This document shows positions 1 through 15,800 of a stretch of DNA of 64,000 nucleotides, piece after piece; positions within the stretch are counted from its first letter, which is position 1, and each line of letters starts with the position of its first letter. The notes below the pieces were generated by a model that made no database searches, was not told where the DNA came from, and saw only the letters and a list, made by a program, of their open reading frames with translations. The translations under genes and the position numbers were made by a program. Source of the stretch: Plasmodiophora brassicae (taxonomy: Eukaryota); contig CP145418.1 in assembly GCA_036867785.1 (NCBI GenBank), positions 868,001 through 932,000 on the forward strand, written 5' to 3'.

Positions 1-110
1 CTGTCCGCTCCCAAATCACCGGGTTTTGCACGTAGAAAAATAGACACTTCCCGCACGGCGCCGCCTTGAGGGCCTCCTCCAGTGTGTACTTCGTCGGTTG
101 CGTCGGCGTC

Positions 111-2077
111 ATGCAGATTGTTCCGACGACGGGTCCTGAGATCGAGCACAAGCTCGAGCGGGTCCGACAGTGTGCGCGCAATGGCGGTCTGTCACTCGAG
201 CAGCGTCGCCGGGCGCTGAAGTCGATCCGGGCGTTCTTGGTGGACAATCGCGAGGCGCTGATTGAAGTCATGGCCATTGATTTGCGCAAGCCGCTTATGG
301 AGTCGAACCTCCTCGAGATCCAGTACGTGATTAACGATGTCGATCACGCGCTGAGCAATTTGTCGTCGTGGATGCGCCCGAAGTATGTGCCGACGCCAGC
401 GGTTGCATTCCCGGCCCAGTCCCGGGTCGTCTACCGCCCACTTGGCGTCGTGCTTGTCATTGTGCCTTTCAACTGTAAGCTCCGCACGTCATTGGCGTAT
501 CGATATGGGGTTTGACTGTTGTTGTTGTTGTTGTTGTTGTTCAAAGTCCCTGTGCAGTTGTCCTTCGGTCCCATGATTTCTGCAATCGCAGCAGGGAACA
601 CTGTTGTCCTGAAGATGTCGGAAATGACGGCTGCGACGTCAAACCTGATCGCGGACCTGCTTCCAAAGTATCTTGACGAGTCGATCCTGGCAGTTGTGCA
701 AGGCGCTGCTACAGAAACGCAAATGCTACTGAAGCACAAGTTTGACCATATCTTCTTCACTGGTAGTGAGCGAGTCGGTCGCATCGTTCTTGCTGCCGCT
801 GCCCCACACTTGACGCCAGGTGATCAGGCTGTCTGCGACAACTGTTGTGGTTCTGACACACGATTTGATGCCCAACAGTGACGCTGGAACTTGGAGGCAA
901 ATCGCCAGCAATCGTGTCGAGCTCTGCCAACGTTGCCGTTGCCGCGAAGCGCATCATGTGGTCGAAGTGGATTAACGCAGGACAGGTAGGCAGAATCACA
1001 CGTGTCTCATACGCTCCTTGTCTTTACGATGCATGCTACGTCCTGCAGGTCTGTATCGCCGCCGACTACGCGATTGTGGATGAGAGCGTGTACGACGAGT
1101 TCATTAACGAATGCCGTCGCGCTGTCGTGTCGTTTTCCGGTGGCGTCGATCCAAAGTCTAGCCCAGACTTCTGTCGCATCATCACCAAGGTCCAGGGTCC
1201 CAGTCGCACCACTGCCGTGGTATCTGATAACGTTTTGTAGGAACATACTGAACGTCTCAAAGGCCTCCTGGATAGCTGCCGAGACTTAATCGTCTTTGGT
1301 GGCGATACCGACATTGGGGAGAGGTTCTGCGCTCCAACCGTTGTTGGTCCAGTCCGTGTCAACTGCGATCTGATGAAAAGCGAGGTCCACCTGCTTGTAC
1401 GATGCTATCTGCGTCGGACTGATCGTGTTCGGATAGATCTTCGGCCCGATTCTCCCCGTTATCCAAGTCGGCTGCATCGCGGATGCAGTTGATATCATCT
1501 CCAAGAACCCAAACCCGCTGGCGCTCTATGTGTTCGGGACGAAAAAGCAGGCGGAAAACATCTTCTCCAAGACGAAATCCGGTATGCACACCGACGGACA
1601 GGTCGTGGGTATCTGATCGTGGCGTATTGCGCTACAGGCAGCGCTTGTGTGAACGATTGTGTCTTCCAGAACAGCAATACAGATCTCCCGTTTGGCGGCA
1701 TCGGAAGCAGCGGAATGTAGTGCTGGCTCTGTTATAACATCACCGATTGGGGGATGACCTCTTGTCCCATAGGGGGAAGGCACATGGCGAGACTGGCTTC
1801 CGTACATTCAGCCATGCGCACTCGATACTGTACAGGACGGACGCCAGCATATTCGATGTTCCGCAACGTTATCCGCCCTGTAACGTCCGCCATGTCGTTG
1901 CGCACAAGGGCACGGGTCTGACTCGGGGCCCCGACAGATACTGCTGCGGCTGAGCGCTTCTTGCTGTTCGTAATGCGCGCAACCAAGATTAATTCGCGAA
2001 CGTTGGGACATTTCATCCATGGCCTGCTGCTGACCGGCGTCCTTCTAATTACTCTGCGCCTCTTCCGGCTTGTCTAG
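111..2077 (+). CDS. Fatty aldehyde dehydrogenase (ALDH3 family), multi-exon, C-terminal membrane anchor
   Basis: Spliced motifs PFNFP, LKMSE, FTGSERVG, LELGGKSP, NAGQ|VCIA (catalytic Cys), EIFGPILP and PFGGIG; ends RYPPY...GLLLTGVLLITLRLFRLV* (TAG 2075-2077). Confidence 0.93.
517..541. repeat. (TTG)8 microsatellite in ALDH intron 1 (475-546)
   Basis: Direct read tgttgttgttg... just before the acceptor aag. Confidence 0.9.
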
Positions 2078-2144
2078 ACTATTGCCTGCCGACGTCCGTC
2101 GAACAATACAGTGTCAGTTCATTTCAGATGCGCACCCAACTTCG

Positions 2145-3124
2145 TCAACCCTGTTTCGAATGGTATGCCCGGTAGGCAACTTCCTGGGACCCGACAACTC
2201 CAGGACCGACGCTCAGGGCAGACTTCCTGATATACCCGCTGGGTACGTCAACGTAGCCGTTGATACTGGCGACGAAGTGCTTCTCCACGCTGGCGAGCAG
2301 ACAGGCCCGCTGTGGAACTCCACCGCCCAGCACGATCCGCTCGGGCGAAACCATCAGGCAGATGCTGGCACATAGTTGGCCCAGGTAGTACCCGACGAGG
2401 TCCCAGACCGGATCACTGTCCGGCACGGCCGGCAACGCCGACTCGTGAATCGACAGTCGGGCGGCAATCGCAGTCGCAGACGCCAACCCTTCGACGCAGT
2501 CGCCATGCGACGGGCAGACCCCCTGGAATGTGTCCTTCGGATCAGACTCGTGCCGAGGGACACGAATGTGGCCCGCCTCCGCATGCGACATGCCAATCAG
2601 CGACTTGCCGTCGACGCAGAGGCCAACGCCGACCCCAGTTCCAACGGTGATGTACGCCAGGGAATGCAAATTCGCACCGCGACCCGTCCCGTACTGGAGC
2701 TCTGCCAGCGCAGCCGCATTGACATCAGTGTCGATCCCTACGGGCACGATTACCACACGGTGGACATACGTATCAGCAACGCGAGTACTGCTGCGTTACC
2801 AATCGGCACATTCGGCAACTTGGACGACAGAAACGACAGGATGTTGTACTGACGCCAGCCCTTCTTTGGCGTTGCCCCAATCTGCCCGTACGACGCGCTC
2901 GCCCTGTTCAAGCACACGGGGCCGAACGTCGCGATCCCGAGCGCGCCGATCGGCTTGCCGGTCTGGGCGAACCAGTCCAGCGCCGTCTGGTACGTCTCCT
3001 CCGGCGACGACGTCGTCGGAAACCGCTTGTAGTCGACGACGTTGGTCGGATCGCCAACCGCCAGCGACGCCACGAACGTGGTGCCGCCGGCCTCGATCCC
3101 TCCGAAGGCCATCTCGGACGGCAT
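2145..3124 (-). CDS. ROK-family fructokinase, two exons
   Basis: GIEAGGT, GIATFGP, DTDVNAAALAE, YITVGTGVG, HAEAGH and the CPSHGDCVEGLAS Zn-binding motif. Confidence 0.9.
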
Positions 3125-3324
3125 CGCCTTCGGAAATCACGCTTTATGCCGCGCGCGCGCAATGTCTGTGTTGTACGAACGTACTCTGTGCCCGTTGCAA
3201 TCAACAGTCCTGCATTGGCAGGGTACGCGTCTGTATGATCTAAACATGGTCGCCGAGACCGCCATGAATTGTCGCAGGGCCGGCCGCCGCCGTCGATTCC
3301 AGGGCGGTCGCTCCGGTTGCCCCG

Positions 3325-3967
3325 CTACGGCGGACCCAGGACGATGGGCACATAGTTATCTTCATGCGTCATCGTGTTGACGCCGTTGTAGAGGTCGCGT
3401 TCCAGCGCGAGCAGCTCCTCGAACATCTGGAACCGCGGCTGCGTCTCGGGCCGCATCTTCTTCACGATGGCGAACGCGTCGCGCAGTGTCAGCCCTTCCT
3501 CGCTCATCAGGTATGCCCTGGACGAACCGTCAGCGCGCGCAGCACGTCGCGTCTGAATGTGATGCCCCTCACATTAGCAATGCGGGCGACCTTGACTTGC
3601 CCTCGATGCAATGGACGAGGATGCTGAGGTTCTGCCTGGCAGCTCGATGCAGAAACGCGAACGCGTCGTCGAGATGCGGCCGTAGCCGTTCCAGTCCATT
3701 GTCGAGTATCGGGACGCGATGCGTCTCCAAGTGCTCCTCATGGTATTCGAGGCTGAACTCGTGCGCGGGCGCGACCGTCACGACGTGCTCGATCGCGTTC
3801 CGCTTCAGATACGCGACGTCGGACGCCATCCTGGCATCCCCGAGGTGCACGAGTTTCAGGAACGCGTCCAGGCCCCGGTCCCGATCGCGCCGCCCCATCC
3901 AGTACCGCGATACCGCAACGCCGACGACGACGATGACGGCGGCGATCAGGCTCGAGTCCAGTCGCAT
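3325..3967 (-). CDS. Dual-specificity protein phosphatase with N-terminal hydrophobic anchor
   Basis: Catalytic loop HCIEGKSRS, then AYLM...RP...P; N-terminal LIAAVIVVVGVAV; one intron at about 3513-3575. Confidence 0.88.
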
Positions 3968-4048
3968 GCCACGACGCGCTGCGCAATTGCACGAAGCCAC
4001 GACCGCCATGGACGACCCGGCCGCCAGCGTCCGCCGGCTCGAACTTTA

Positions 4049-5043
4049 TTACCAGGCGGTGTTGCCGCGTGGGAAGTACAGGACCGAGGCGTGCCGCCTA
4101 GACGCATCGACGATGACGTAGAGGCGGTTCCACGGCGACGGCGGCGAGGCGAACAGGCGCCCGTCGCGGATCCTGTAGACCTTGCTGGTGATTTGGAGCG
4201 TGTCGTTCGCCGTCTTCACGACGTTCATCAGGTACTTGTAGAAGGCCTTGACGACGTCGAGGTACGGCTGGATAGAGTCCTGTTGCGGGACGGCGTCAGT
4301 GTGTGGGGCGGGACGATCATGGGCGACGACGGCGGGCGACCTCGAACTGGCACAGTGGGCCGCCCAGGACCATCATCTGCATCAGCTGGACGATGAATTC
4401 GTGGTCGTCGACCGATCCGTACGCCTGCGATTCCTCGTCGTACAGCGCTCGCTGCAGCTCGTTCTGGGCGACGACGCCGTCGTCCAGGTAGCAATCCGGG
4501 CACATGCTGATCGACCCGTTCGGCCTGACGACGCCGCGATCACGCCACACGTCGAAGATGCCCATGTCGACAGCGGCGCTGGCCACCACATCGTAGGCGT
4601 CCGCACCTGTTATTGTACCAGCAGCGTTCAGCAACGTATCTGCCGTTTGTCAGTCGCCGTGCGTACCCAGGTCCAGCTTGGACGGGACGACGTCGGCGAA
4701 ACCGGACGCGAACACGTCCGAGCTCAGGAGAGATTGCAGGAACGCGGTCGTCTGCGGGACGCTGGCCGCGGCGGCGTCGAATCGCTCGTCGAAACGGAAT
4801 AATCGGATGCGCACGCCCCTGAGCACGTCCCTGCGTGGACGACCACGATTGAACAGGGTCGACCTGCACCGGGGAGCGGTGTGCGGTCGAACCATTTCTC
4901 CAGGAGCGCCTTCCGGTCCGGATCCCCGAGCAGCTCGCCGAGCGTTCTGCCCTCCTCACCCGACGCCCTCCACGTCCAGCGGTTCGCGGTCGGCGCCGCC
5001 CTTGCGCCCTCCTCCGTCCCGTCGACGATCGCGATCACCATCG
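4049..5043 (-). CDS. CFAP300: Cilia- and flagella-associated protein 300 (C11orf70 family), multi-exon
   Basis: LGGPLCQFE|DSIQPYLDVVKAFYK, QITSKVY and YVIVDASRRHASVLY match the remembered CFAP300 motifs LGGALCQYED..PYL and YFIVDPIRRHLHVLY. Confidence 0.85.
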
Positions 5044-5306
5044 TCCGTGCGAACAGCGCGTCACAGGTGGTGGGTGCCTCCGCCCTCTGCAAACCCTTGG
5101 ACGCATGCACCTCGCAACAATGGGGAACCCGAGGAGCCTGGACGAGCGTCGTCCAGGGGCCTTGATGGCCGACAAGGAGAGCGCGCCGGGCCCGGCGGCC
5201 ATTTTTCAGCCTTCACCAGAGCAGGGGCTGCTGTCGCAGTTCGACTGCGAGCGGCGTCGTCGCGCGTCACGCCGCGGTCCCGACTCCGCGACTGCCGTCT
5301 GCCGTC

Positions 5307-8096
<2,790 letters not shown>

Positions 8097-8129
8097 TCAA
8101 CAGGTATTTATTAACCCCCGATTGCCCGT

Positions 8130-8675
8130 TCACATAGGAGAATGCGGCCGCTTGACATCCACTCGGCCTCTCGTATGACCCGGCATAACAGGCGACATGC
8201 AACTGGCGACCGTTAGTCGCGATCTGCATTCGCCGAGTTCGATCCGTTGCCTCCAGTAGCTGGATGTCGATCCAGGGAGCGGTACGGGCGACGAGAACGC
8301 CGGCAGGGCGAGGGCTCGGGGCGATGCCGACGGAATCGGCGATACGGGCGGTAGCGGCGACGACGGCACCGGTTCCGCCGTCAGCAACGCGTTCATGATC
8401 GTCGATGCTGTCAGCGGTCGTTGACAATCCAACGATACATCGGTCATCGTCGCTGTCCCCGTGTCGTCGTCGTCGACCATGGCGCCGCTGTACAGATCCG
8501 CCATGGACGTGGGCGTTGCCGTTGGGCGATCCACGGCGTCATCGACGAGCGCGATCGGGCCCAGGCCTTTGACCAGCGTGTCCAGCGCGTCCGGTTCAGC
8601 GTCGTCCCGGCGGAACATCGCCGACGTGTCGGGGAAGTTGACCTCGCGCGGCATGGCATCGAACGGCGTCGACAT
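8130..8675 (-). CDS. Hypothetical Pro/Ser/Asp-rich protein (about 181 aa)
   Basis: Open frame from ATG 8675 fills the gap between Clf1 and Vps34; no recognisable domain. Confidence 0.5.
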   Translation of the reverse strand: MSTPFDAMPREVNFPDTSAMFRRDDAEPDALDTLVKGLGPIALVDDAVDRPTATPTSMADLYSGAMVDDDDTGTATMTDVSLDCQRPLTASTIMNALLTAEPVPSSPLPPVSPIPSASPRALALPAFSSPVPLPGSTSSYWRQRIELGECRSRLTVASCMSPVMPGHTRGRVDVKRPHSPM

Positions 8676-8854
8676 AGTCGTGGCTTGGCGGTATAGGACG
8701 GTCCCGGTCGGTGCCACGCCTACCAGTCCCCGCAGTCGGACGGACCCGTCTCTGTCTGTGGGAGCCAGATTGTCCCAGAGCGCAACAAGCTATTGTAGAA
8801 GGGGGCCAACCCAGGCAGGGCGTGTCACTGCATGCAACAACGGGCGTTCGTATT

Positions 8855-11030
8855 CTATGCGTCGTCTTCGGTGGCCTCCAGCCGCTGTTTCTTCCACAGG
8901 CGGGCCTTCTCCAGGAGAGCAATGTTGGCGGCGCCCTTGGCGTCGTCCGGGAACTCGTAGTCGTAGTACTCTTCCCAGCCGGCGTCGGTGCCGTCCTCGT
9001 TCGTGAGCAGACGCCGCTTCTTGAGACGCCGCGGCATGCGGTCCGACACGACCGTCTGCGTCGCCTCGTTGCCGTATTTCCGTTCAAAGTCGCGCCATGC
9101 TTCCAGGAGCTGAGCGCGTTCGCTCCTGCGAGATTCGGCTTTCAGGTACTTGTCGGCCCGCTCGAACACATGCCGGGCCTTGTCCAGCTGGTTCTGGGAC
9201 GTCTCGAACTGCGCGAGGCTGATCCAGACCTTGACGTGCTTCGTCTTTTCGAGCAGTCGGTCGTAGAGCGAACGCGCCCGATCGAACTGGCCTTGCTGGG
9301 TCTCAAAGTCGATATACGCTTTCCACAGGACCTCTGGCATGTCCAGCACCGGCTGCGATATCGCCAGCTCGAAAATGGCACGGGCGCGCTCTGCGAACAC
9401 ATGGGTGAAACGCAAGCACATCAGACGAAGCGAAACGCGTACCATTTTCAGCAAGCGACTTCTCGAGGTTGGCAAACTTTGACCACGCGTGACAGTTCTC
9501 GGGGGAGTATCTGGGCGAAAGGATCACCATATGTACCGCGAGGTCGTCTTGGCGACGCACACATACATTAAGTACTTCTCGTACAGCGTCCTGCATCGAT
9601 CGGCGTCGCCAAGCTGGAGCTCCAGCTGGATGTACGATTTGAACAGCTTTTCCTTGGGCGCCATGCCGATGGCCCGCCCCAGAATCCGGCGCGCCGCCTT
9701 CAGATCCATTTGCCGAATCTCGAACTCAGCGAACATGATCCATATCTTCGCGAACGTGAACCTAGCCAGCAGCCTTGTTAATACGCGTACCGAAGCAAGA
9801 CACAGTCGGGTCGTACAATTTGTGGGGAATGACCTTCAGGGCCGCCTTGTAGACTAGCCTTGTTCGTTCAACATCTTCTGTGGTCAGCTCTTCGAAGATG
9901 ACGTACTGGATCCACAAGTAAATATATCTAGCCCAGTAATGCTTCTCGTGAACCAGAGGGACGTTGGCAACGGCTCGCTCGAACACGTCCCGGATGCGAT
10001 CGTTGTTCCCGCAGGACTGCTCCAGCTTGATGTAATCAAACCAGATGTCGTAGTTGTGCGGATTCGCAGTCACCTCGCGCTCGTACTGTTGCCGGCGTTT
10101 GCTGATGATGACATCCTCAATGCCTTCACGGGTGCCAAACTGCTTCTCGAAGTTCGTGTATCGCCGATAGATCTCGTGCGACTTGGCCTTCGGCAACCGC
10201 TCCAAGGCGTACTTGTAGATCGCCCGGGCACGCTCCGTCTCCTGGCATTCGGCCTCAAATGCGGCAAAGTGCATGAAGAAGTCCTCCTCCAGGGTATCGT
10301 CGCCGAGTTCGCTCGAGCACCGTTCGAACACTTCCCGGCACTTGTCAGGGTCACCATGATTCTTCTCAAACTTTGCATACTTCATGTAGGAATCCACCGT
10401 CGGATGACAGACGATGAACCGCTCGTAGATGGCACGACACCGTTCCTTCATCTTCGCGTCTTTCCCGTGCCGCATCTCCATCATGACATAGGATTGCCAG
10501 GCATTCGCAGGTGGGGCCCACTTCATCCAGCGTTCGAAGATGACGCGGGCGCCGGCAACGTTCCCCAGCATCTCCTCCATGTGCGTGTACTTGAACCAGA
10601 ATTGGTCGACGCGAGGCAGCAGTGTCACCGCCCGGTCCCAGATGTTCCTGGCATGGTTGACGAAGCGGTTCTTCATCTCCATTTCGGCGTACTTCAGCCA
10701 GACGGAATGGTTGCGGTAGTCGACGTCCAGCGCGCGTTCGAAAATGGACCGGGCGCGCTCGAACTCAAGCTGCGATGCCTCCCACAACGCATACTTCATC
10801 CACACGCCGACGTTATGCTGCTGGCGGCGCAGAGTGTCTTCGTACTCCTTTCGCTTCCGCGCGCGATAATGCTGGAGCTCGTCGACATCCGTGATTTTCT
10901 GCTCCGGCGCCCGGATCACGACCTCGCGCCGATCCATGGCCTCACGCAGGATCTGCTCAGCCGTAATCTGCACGGGCGCGGCAGCCTTGTTCTTGACCGC
11001 CATCGGGCGGCCACGCGACGTTGACGCCAT
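8855..11030 (-). CDS. CRNKL1: Pre-mRNA splicing factor crooked neck / Clf1 (HAT repeats), multi-exon
   Basis: [41 protein letters not shown]-terminal [12 protein letters not shown]. Confidence 0.96.
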
Positions 11031-11639
11031 CTCCCAGCGCGCGTCCCGCCTGAAGCCGACACGACACGACAGCGCTTCGTCGCGTCGCGGACTCCGCAGC
11101 GTTGGACTGCACAGCTGACAGCACCAACCGAACCGCGCTCCTCCTGCGGCCGGCGAGTCGCCCACGAATCCGCAGCAGGTCTCACTCATCATATCGAAGG
11201 CCGCTTCGCTCGACGTGGACACGCGTGCAAGACCCTCCTGTCGCCGCGTAATACTGGGGCTTGTATCATCAGACAAGGGAGGTAGTAAACCGGGGGCGCT
11301 TGGACACGCGGGTACGGCGCCGGACCAGGACGAGGCGCAGGGGCAGGCTTTGATGGCAGCAGCAACCATGGAGTCCAATGACGACTGGTCTTCGCTCATG
11401 TTCGTCATGACGTTCTGATCCAGGCGGCGGAAGAATGGCGTATCCGAAATCTCCCTGTCGGTACAAGAAGGAAAGGCATCGTCGCCAAGGCGTCCTTTCC
11501 ATCTCGGCGCTTCCGTGGTCAGCAGCGTACCTGTGAGGCAGTACTCATATGCGGTGAGAGTTGCCGTGTCAGTTTCAGTCGATATAGCTGACTACAAGAT
11601 GTGTGTGTACTCAGGTTGCCAAGGCTGGCAAGTTCTTTC

Positions 11640-12510
11640 GCGCCTGGGTCTTTCTGACAACTGCTGCTCTGGCGGCGTGGAGTAGCACAAGTGTCTGGTG
11701 CGGAGAACCTGTGCCGATATTTCGAGGGAATCTCTCGTGCCAAGTCATTCAGCAACTGCGTCTTGATCGGATCAAGCACGCCGGGTCCTTCGTACTCCCG
11801 TTTCAGGATGCCCCGCTCTCCATCCACTTTGACTATCCGTATCTTTCCCCACGCTTCGTTCTTGCTGAACGAGTACCGGTACCACAGTTCGCCTGGGGGA
11901 TATACTCCATCGGTTTCCCCGAAGCTGAACCATCGAACCTGCTCGAATTTGATCGGCTGCCCCACGGTATGCTCCAATGTCTTTGCGATTAAGGATGGTG
12001 TACTTCCATCCAAGGTACTCCTTCCAGGTAGAGAAGTCCGGATAGGAAACATTGCTGACTCGTGGCTTGTGCTCCACAGTGTAGGGGTCCGAAATGATTT
12101 CTAGGACTTCTTCTGTCACATACACCTGGCGTTTACGGAACTGCACGTCGACTTTTGAAAAGAATCGGTCACCAGACAAGAACGTATGTCCAACGACTTG
12201 AAATTTCAGGTCAAGTATGCGAGTAGTGTAGTGGCGACCGTCTCGTAGGTTGTTCTCGTGAGCCCACATCATCACAAATTGGTTCTTGTTCTGTCCACGG
12301 CAGTTGTCAGAGATCAGGATGAGCCCACCACCGGGTCGACTGGGAGGCAACGCCACAGACAACTCATTTCGAGGGTAGATTGATGGCATGGAGATCCAGA
12401 TTGCTGAGCATATTGATATGCCTACCACTCAGGGAATTCATGCCGAAGTGATCTCTGACAATTGCCGTGGACAGTACAAGAATCAATATGTGATGATGTG
12501 GGCTCACGAG
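11640..12510 (-). mobile_element. Degenerate Sola-like DNA transposase fragment (frameshifted, 5'-truncated) with inverted partial copy
   Basis: SDNCRGQNKN...VVGHTFLSGDRFFS motif; C-terminal FEQVRWF...WYRYS...IPSKYRHRF in a shifted frame; intronless and more AT-rich than flanking genes. Confidence 0.7.
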
Positions 12511-12879
12511 CACAGCAGGCCATGCGAACGAATGCTGAACAGGCTCAGAAACGTCCGCGCCCCCAGACGAACGAACTTCGTCCGCAGCTCGATGCCACAC
12601 TCAGGGCAGCCTGCACCGCGCTGTTGAGTACACTGTCGACCGTCGATCGTGGTGATGACTGTCCTACTCGACAGATACGGCCAATGACACGTCCGCGGCG
12701 GGCTCGTCCTGCCCAGCTGCAAGCGCTACGTTGAAACAATCGGCTCCGATATCGCAGAGGGCTGATGACTGGCGGGCATCGGTTGGTTTAGGCTAATCGA
12801 TACGTGTACTACTGGATGGACTGCTCTCGGCTAATCGTACCAGAGTACACGGATCGGGGCCCATATGGGCTAGTGGGAA

Positions 12880-15800
12880 ATGTTGACGACCGCGCTTGTC
12901 GTCGCCTGCTTGGTGGTTGTACCACAGGCATGGTCGGATACGTACGTTTGCTCGCCCGTGGTCCCGGTATTGACGCCAGTGGGGTTCCTGTCGGTGCTCG
13001 GCCCTGTTCCATTGCCGACGAGTGCGACGCTCTTGGCCAACCCGAACCCCATGCTTCAGTTCCCGAGTTTGACCACGGCGACTTCGGTCAGTGTCGCGTT
13101 CTGGGTGCAAATGTGTCCAGGCGGCACGAGCTGTTCCGGCACAGCGTTCTCTCTTGCCTACAGCAACTCGTCAATGGGGACTCCGGCGCAATCTGGAACA
13201 TCGCTTATGGTGTCTCTGGACGCCTCGGCTACTGGACAGGTATGATCGCATGGAATTACATGTTCTTCGCGCATGACTTCTGCCTTAGCCGACTCTTCGT
13301 ATTTCTTTCTCATCGTCCTGCTACCGTTCATATCCTATCGCGGGCGTGCTTTCGTCGTACGTCCACGTCGCCGTGGCCACTGGTTCCAACATCGGATCGG
13401 TACGAGTGCCTTCGCCCGATGTTTGCTTGCACATGCCCACAAAGGTCTGCTCTAGATGGTTGTCTATATCAACGGGAGAGTTACTGCTCCCGATCCGTTG
13501 GCAACTATGACATGTAGCTCGCCGCTCCTGTACAACGGTGGACAGTGGATGCTCCAGGCAAGCGTGTCTGGCGTCTACATCTCCAATTTGCGCTTCTTCG
13601 ATCGGGCGATTGATCAACCGCAGGTGTCCAGCATCTACTCCATTGTTCCAGTGGCGTCTTACTCCGGCTTTCGTTATCCTACGCCGCCGTGGCCTCCATC
13701 ACCGTCTCCGCCTCCGCCTCTGGCAACGGGACCGATACTTCCAGTACGGAGCTACTTCGTGGCGCTTGACAGCAACAGTAATGGCATGGCAGCCATGACA
13801 ATAGCTTCGAATATCGGTTACTATTGGTCCTTATCGTTTTGGGTGGTGTTCCCAATGGCCCCTGTTGATACGTTCCAGCTAATCGGACTGTACCCAACAT
13901 CAACATTAGATCAGGGTGTTCAGGTCTGGATTAGCAGTTCGACGTTGTGGATCACGATGCAGTCAGATCCCGGCGTTTGCCCAATCGGGTCAATTTCGCC
14001 CATTTGGTCATACTCAATGCAACAGACCGGGGCGTATCATATCTTCGTTGGATACGATTCCAGTAGCAAGCAGATTGAAACTGTCAGGATCAGCGTGGAA
14101 TCTGTTCTGAGGTGCAATGTTCTAATGGTGGCACAGGTTGTAACAACTGGGACCGCGTCCACAGTTTCGTCTCAGACACAAACGTCAAAGGCTGTAACTG
14201 TAAATGCACCTGCCACGCCTGACCAGATGCGGCTCTGGATATCGGCGAACTGTCCTGTGGCTCAGACAACTGCCTTCCCCGCGTACATCATGTACGTTCG
14301 TATCGAGTATGCTGCGAGTAGTTTGTCGTTGTCTGGCGCCACCGGCCAAGCAACCAAAATACGTGGCTACGATTTGAGTGCAATGCAAGCTGGGGCCTAC
14401 TGCCAGATTGGCGCGAACGCCGACGCCTACCTGTTCCCACCTCCGTACTGCGTTCATGGCAGCGGGGACCCGGCCAACGGATGCAAGTGCGACCAAGGCT
14501 GGGCTGGCGCACAGTGTCGTCAATGTGCGCCGACGTTCGTCATGAATTTCACGGTTCCCTCCTGGCCCGGCATGGGTGCATGTCAGTGCCCGCCGTCTTC
14601 ATTTGTGAACGGCACCGCTTGCCAGCAATGCCCAGCAGGTAGGTCTGGACATGTCTGACCTGCCGGCCGCTCGATCAACAGTGCTGCTGCATCAGGGCGC
14701 TATACAAGTCTGCCTGATATGACGTCCTGTGTAGCGTGCCCATCAGGGACGATTACCAATGCCCATCAAACTGGGTGCATATCCTGCCAGGCTGGATACG
14801 CACCCACACCAGCCCAGGACGCATGCCAGCAGTGCTCTCAAGGTCGGCACCGTCCAACCGTCGTACGACAGGAAACATGAACTAACATATTGATGGTTGT
14901 CTCCAGGGTACTATAGCGATAGCGGGATCACTTGTACTCTCTGCCCATACCCAACCCCTGTATCGCCGGCCGGATCTCAAAACGCATCGCTGTGCACGTA
15001 TTGTAGATCTGGTCAGGTTGCAGTACAGGGCGCCCTACCGCCCAATAACGTCTGCCAGAATTGCGACCCAGGTGCATTCGCTCATCTGGTTTATTTCCCG
15101 GAGAACTTAGGCAGGTGTGTAGGGACTTTCGCAACGAACGGTGTCAACTGTACAGCCTGTCCTGTGGGGACTATTAGTTCTCTGCCGGGTCAGGCAGCCT
15201 GTACCCTATGCAAACCGGGGACGCAACCGAATCCCCAGATGACGCTGTGCCTTCCCTGCCCACCAGGTCAGTATCTGTCTACAGAATATCTGGGAACGCG
15301 GTGCCTTATCCCGTGGCAGGTTCTTCCGGCACCACACAGGGCACATGCCACCCGTGCGCACCTGGATCCTACTCGTCATCTGGGGCGGAATCCTGCACGA
15401 CCTGGTCCGTCCGATCCTTGAGCAGCAACGTCCACTGCTTAACCGATTTCCGCTGCTATTTAGCCCAGGCGGTTCCTATAGTCGCACCCAATCGTCATCG
15501 GCGTGTTTGCCATGGTATTGTGCACGCTCGGGCCCCGGCAATGCTCTAATACGGTTATCTTCAGTGCAAACGGGACGGTGTCGCAGCCAGGCGCCACGTC
15601 GTGCACGACGTGCTTGGCTGGCAAGCAGGCGAACTCGAACATGACTGCGTGCCTGCCTTGCCCAGATGGGCAGTATTCTGCCATCGACGGGTCCGCATGC
15701 ATTTCTTGCAGGTCAGTTCGATCCATCGCCATGGTGAATGCAGAAGACTGAACCTGGGAGCCAAGTGACCCGTACTCGGTTACGGGCTTGTCCATGACGA

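Noticed and set aside
385-881. ORFs with poly-Cys, poly-Leu or poly-Asn tracts
   Set aside because: These come from the intronic (TTG)n microsatellite, not from coding sequence.
11031-11408. N-terminal extension of the Clf1 ORF (548-aa track ORF)
   Set aside because: Homology begins near [15 protein letters not shown] (ATG 11030); the upstream frame is probably open by chance in GC-rich DNA.
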